From Burkholderiales bacterium GJ-E10 (lineage in GTDB: Bacteria > Pseudomonadota > Gammaproteobacteria > Burkholderiales > Burkholderiaceae_F): a stretch of DNA of 32,000 nucleotides. The notes under the pieces were generated by a model, which made no database searches, was not told the DNA's origin, and was given only the letters and a program-made list of their open reading frames with translations. The translations under genes and the position numbers were made by a program. Positions 28,661-32,000 of the stretch are shown here, piece after piece. How positions within the stretch are numbered: position 1 is the stretch's first letter; every line of letters begins with the position of its first letter. Location: assembly GCA_000828975.1 (NCBI GenBank), contig AP014683.1, positions 355,520 through 387,519 on the forward strand, in the 5' to 3' direction.

Positions 28661-31600
28661 TCAGGAGGACACCGGGTCTCCCCGCCCGGTGCGGAAACTC
28701 CGGGCGAGCGCCGCTCCCGTCGGACTGGACTGCGCGGCGATCGAACGCGGCGGCCCGCACGCCACGACGCGGCCTCCGGCGTCGCCGCCCTCCGGCCCCA
28801 GGTCGATGATCCAGTCGGCATGGGCGATCAGGTCCAGATTGTGTTCGACGACGATCACGCTGTTGCCGGCATCGACCAGCCGGTGCAGCGCCTGCAGCAG
28901 CAGGCGCACGTCGGCCATCGCTAGGCCGACGGTGGGTTCGTCGAGCACGTACAGCGTGTGGGACTGCGGGGCGGATCGCGCCTTGCGGTTCGATGCGCCG
29001 ATCTCGCCGCGGGCCTTGGCGAGTTCGGTGACGAGTTTGATCCGCTGCGCCTCGCCTCCGGACAGGGTGGGCGAGGGCTGGCCGAGCGTCAGGTATCCCA
29101 ACCCGACCTGCTGCAACAGGCGCAGGGGATGGGCGATCCGCGGCGTTGCGGCAAAGAACTCCACCGCCTCGTCGACTTCCATCGCCAGGACGTCGCCCAC
29201 GCTCCTGCCGCGCCACAGCACCTCCAGCGTAGCCGGTTCGAAGCGCTTGCCGCCGCAGCGTTCACAGAGAATCTTGACGTCCGGCAGGAAGCTCATCTCG
29301 ATCGTGCGTACGCCCTGGCCTTCGCATTCGGGGCAGCGGCCGCCCGTCGTGTTGAAGGAAAACCGACTCGCGGTGAAACCGCGCATGCGCGCTTCGGTGG
29401 TGTCGGCGAAGCGCTTGCGGATCTCGTCCCAGATGCCGACGTAGGTCGCCGCACAGGAGCGGGGCGTCTTGCCGATCGGGGTCTGGTCGACTTCGAGGAC
29501 GCGGGCGATGTGCTCGCGCCCGTCGATCGCCGTGCACCCGTGCATGGGAGGTCCTTCCCGCCGCAGGTTCGACAGCAGCACGTCCCGCGCCAGCGTCGAC
29601 TTGCCGCTTCCCGACACGCCCGTCACGACCACCAGACGCCCCAGGGGGATGTCGACATCCAGGCCCTGCAGGTTGTGCAGATGGGCGCCGCGCACGCGCA
29701 GCCGCATGGTGTCGGCGTCGACCGTGCGCACCTGATCCGGCGGCTGCATCGCACCGGGCCGCAGATGCGCGCCGGTGACCGACTCGGGACAGGCGATCAG
29801 ATCCTCGACGCGTCCTTGCGCGACGATCCGTCCGCCGCGCGAACCGGCGCCCGGCCCGACGTCGATGCAATGCTCGGCGGCGCGGATCGTTTCCTCGTCG
29901 TGCTCGACCACCACCAGCGTATTGCCGCGCGACTCGAGCTTGCGCAGTGCGCGCAGCAGGATATCGTTGTCGCGGGCGTGGAGGCCGATCGTGGGTTCGT
30001 CGAGCACGTAGCAGACGCCCTGCAGATTGGAGCCCAGTTGCGCGGCGAGGCGGATGCGTTGCGACTCGCCGCCCGAAAGCGTGGGCGCCGCCCGGTCCAG
30101 TGCCAGATACCCCAGACCGACCTCGAGCAGGAAGTCGAGCCGCGATCGGACCTCGGCGGTCGCGTCCCGGGCGATCTCCGCGGCGCGGCCATCGAGCACG
30201 AGCCCGCCGATCCATGTCCGCGCCTGCTCCACGGTCATGGCGCCGACATCGGCGATCGAGCGTCCGTCGAAGCGCACCGCGAGCGACGTGGGATTGAGCC
30301 GCTTGCCATGGCAGGCCGAACAGGGCGTCTCCTCGCCTTCGTACCACTCGTTCCACCAGACCTCTTCGCCGCTGTGCTCGGCGTCGAAGCCGGAGAGTTG
30401 CAGGCCGGTGCCGAAACAGCGTTCGCACCAGCCGTGCTTGGAGTTGTAGGAGAACATCCGCGGATCGGGTTCGGAAAACGACTTGCCGCAACCGGAACAC
30501 GCGCGCTTGGTCGAGAACGTGCGGTGCTCCAGAACGGCGTCCTGCGCGGTGCCGCCGGCGATGGCCTCGCGCAGTGCCGACATCGGCCAGCAGATTTCCA
30601 GCGCGCCGTTGCCGTGCTCCAGGGCCGTGTGCAGCAGGGCGCGCAGATCCGCTTCGCGCTCCGGCTGGACCAGGATGGTACCGACCGGCAGGTCGATCGA
30701 ATGCTCGCGAAACCGGTCCGGCCGCTCCCAGGGACGCGTCGGAACGAAGCGCCCGTCGAGGCGCAGATGGCTATGGCCCTTGCGCGCGGCCCATTGCGCA
30801 AGTTCGGTGTAGACCCCTTTGCGGTGGACGATCAGGGGGGCGAGCACGCCGATCTCGCGGCCGTGCCATTCCCGGGCGATCGTTGCCGTGATCGCATCGA
30901 AGGTCTGCGGCTCCACCGGCAGATTGCAGTCGGGGCAATACTGGGTGCCGAGCTTGACGTAGAGCAGGCGCAGGAAATGGTGCAGTTCGGTCTGCGTCGC
31001 GACCGTGCTCTTGCGCCCCCCGCGGCTGACGCGCTGCTCGATCGAGACCGTCGGGGCGATGCCGTGGATCGCGTCGACGTCCGGGCGCGCCGCCGGCTGG
31101 ACCATCGAGCGCGCGTACGCGTTGAGCGATTCGAGGTAGCGCCGCTGCCCTTCCTGGAACAGGATGTCGAAGGCGAGCGTGGACTTGCCGCTGCCGGAGA
31201 CGCCGGTGATGACGGTGAACGTGTCGCGGGGGATGGCGACGGTGGCGTTGCGGAGATTGTGCTCGCGGGCGCCGACGATCTCGATGGCCTCCCCTCCCGC
31301 GTACGAAATCCTCGCATCGGTACGCTGCACCCCCTCGCCCGCGTACGAAATCCCGGTGTCGGTACGCTGCACCCCCTCGCCCGCGTACGAAATCCCGGTG
31401 TCGGTACGCTGCACCCCCTCGCCCGCGTACGAAATCCCGGCGTCGGTATGCTGCACCCCCTCTCCCGCGTACGAAATCCCGGCGTCGGTATGCTGCACCC
31501 CCTCTCCCGCCTGCGGGAGAGGGCGGGGGTGAGGGTCGGCCCATTGCCGCATCGCCGCTTCATGCTCCCGCAGCGCGCGCCCGGTATGCGACGTCGGGTG

Positions 31601-32000
31601 CGCCGCAATCTCCGCCGGTGTTCCGGCGGCAACGATCTGCCCGCCCGCATCCCCGCCTTCCGGGCCGAGATCGATGACCCAGTCCGATGCGCGGATGACG
31701 TCGAGATTGTGCTCGATCACGATCAGCGAGTGCCCGGCCACCAGCAGCTTGCGCAGGGCGCGCATCAGTCGCGCGATGTCTTCGAAGTGCAGGCCGGTGG
31801 TGGGTTCGTCGAAAAGCAGGAGCGCGCCTTTGGCGGTGCCGCGCTGGCGTTCCGGACTGCTCTTGGCGGTCTCGGCGAGGAAGCCGGCGATCTTCAGGCG
31901 TTGCGCCTCGCCGCCCGAGAGCGTCGGTACGGGCTGGCCGAGGCGCAGATAGTCCAGGCCGACCTCGGCGAGGGGGGCGAGCGCCCGCAGCACGTCACGG
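28661..32000 (-). CDS. uvrA: Excinuclease ABC subunit UvrA, tandem-duplicated (double-length) form; N-terminus beyond the window
   Basis: A complete UvrA-like unit ([36 protein letters not shown]; YCPDCN; [32 protein letters not shown]; [35 protein letters not shown]; [14 protein letters not shown]-type signature) is preceded in frame by the C-terminus of another ([27 protein letters not shown]...[16 protein letters not shown]). Confidence 0.93.
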   Translation of the reverse strand, partial: RDVLRALAPLAEVGLDYLRLGQPVPTLSGGEAQRLKIAGFLAETAKSSPERQRGTAKGALLLFDEPTTGLHFEDIARLMRALRKLLVAGHSLIVIEHNLDVIRASDWVIDLGPEGGDAGGQIVAAGTPAEIAAHPTSHTGRALREHEAAMRQWADPHPRPLPQAGEGVQHTDAGISYAGEGVQHTDAGISYAGEGVQRTDTGISYAGEGVQRTDTGISYAGEGVQRTDARISYAGGEAIEIVGAREHNLRNATVAIPRDTFTVITGVSGSGKSTLAFDILFQEGQRRYLESLNAYARSMVQPAARPDVDAIHGIAPTVSIEQRVSRGGRKSTVATQTELHHFLRLLYVKLGTQYCPDCNLPVEPQTFDAITATIAREWHGREIGVLAPLIVHRKGVYTELAQWAARKGHSHLRLDGRFVPTRPWERPDRFREHSIDLPVGTILVQPEREADLRALLHTALEHGNGALEICWPMSALREAIAGGTAQDAVLEHRTFSTKRACSGCGKSFSEPDPRMFSYNSKHGWCERCFGTGLQLSGFDAEHSGEEVWWNEWYEGEETPCSACHGKRLNPTSLAVRFDGRSIADVGAMTVEQARTWIGGLVLDGRAAEIARDATAEVRSRLDFLLEVGLGYLALDRAAPTLSGGESQRIRLAAQLGSNLQGVCYVLDEPTIGLHARDNDILLRALRKLESRGNTLVVVEHDEETIRAAEHCIDVGPGAGSRGGRIVAQGRVEDLIACPESVTGAHLRPGAMQPPDQVRTVDADTMRLRVRGAHLHNLQGLDVDIPLGRLVVVTGVSGSGKSTLARDVLLSNLRREGPPMHGCTAIDGREHIARVLEVDQTPIGKTPRSCAATYVGIWDEIRKRFADTTEARMRGFTASRFSFNTTGGRCPECEGQGVRTIEMSFLPDVKILCERCGGKRFEPATLEVLWRGRSVGDVLAMEVDEAVEFFAATPRIAHPLRLLQQVGLGYLTLGQPSPTLSGGEAQRIKLVTELAKARGEIGASNRKARSAPQSHTLYVLDEPTVGLAMADVRLLLQALHRLVDAGNSVIVVEHNLDLIAHADWIIDLGPEGGDAGGRVVACGPPRSIAAQSSPTGAALARSFRTGRGDPVSS
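31293..31502. repeat. 42-bp tandem repeat, 5 copies, in frame within the uvrA linker
   Basis: GTACGAAAT recurs at 31301, 31343, 31385, 31427 and 31469 (period exactly 42). Unit ~CTCGCCCGCGTACGAAATCCCGGTGTCGGTACGCTGCACCCC. Encodes (minus) GEGVQ(H/R)TD(A/T)GISYA repeats. Confidence 0.95.
31500..31523. repeat. REP-like palindrome inside uvrA
   Basis: CCCTCTCCCGC-CT-GCGGGAGAGGG, perfect 11-bp arms, followed by GCGGGGGTGAGGG. Encodes [12 protein letters not shown] on the minus strand. Confidence 0.8.

Noticed and set aside
26928-29444. 838-aa plus-strand ORF
   Set aside because: Antisense to the EAL-REC and uvrA genes. Composition is Arg/Gly-rich without domain motifs.
31293-31502. Possible CRISPR array (regularly spaced repeats)
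   Set aside because: Units are contiguous 42-bp near-identical tandem copies with no unique spacers, and they are translated in frame within uvrA.

Overview
This window is a high-GC chromosomal segment. The rRNA genes and gene content look betaproteobacterial, possibly Burkholderiales-like, but that assignment is by eye. It contains:
(1) A HEAT-repeat-like membrane protein gene followed by a family-2 glycosyltransferase gene. The glycosyltransferase gene is split by a complete 3,595-bp mobile element at 1761-5355, with TGT...ACA imperfect inverted ends and a perfect 5-bp CCTGG target duplication. Removing the element plus one TSD copy restores a continuous GT2 reading frame. The element encodes, on the minus strand, a Cys-rich zinc-ribbon-like protein, a DDE transposase with a Mu-type C-terminus, an ExeA/TnsC/TniB-like AAA+ ATPase and an 82-aa acidic ORF. 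No cargo genes were recognised.
(2) An M61-family peptidase and a PAS-GAF-GGDEF-EAL protein.
(3) A complete rrn operon: 16S, tRNA-Ile(GAT), tRNA-Ala(TGC), 23S, 5S, with promoter, boxA sites, RNase III-type stems and terminator.
(4) rhlE, then an MglA-like GTPase, a soluble histidine kinase, and a receiver domain fused to a GspE/PilB-type ATPase.
(5) A convergent, tightly packed minus-strand operon: EAL-REC protein, 58-aa ORF, HDOD protein, histidine kinase, REC-HD-GYP.
(6) The C-terminal part of a tandem double-length UvrA with a 42-bp x5 in-frame repeat next to a REP-like palindrome in its inter-copy linker.
The most interesting candidates are the mobile element and the GTPase/HK/REC-ATPase plus c-di-GMP signalling locus.
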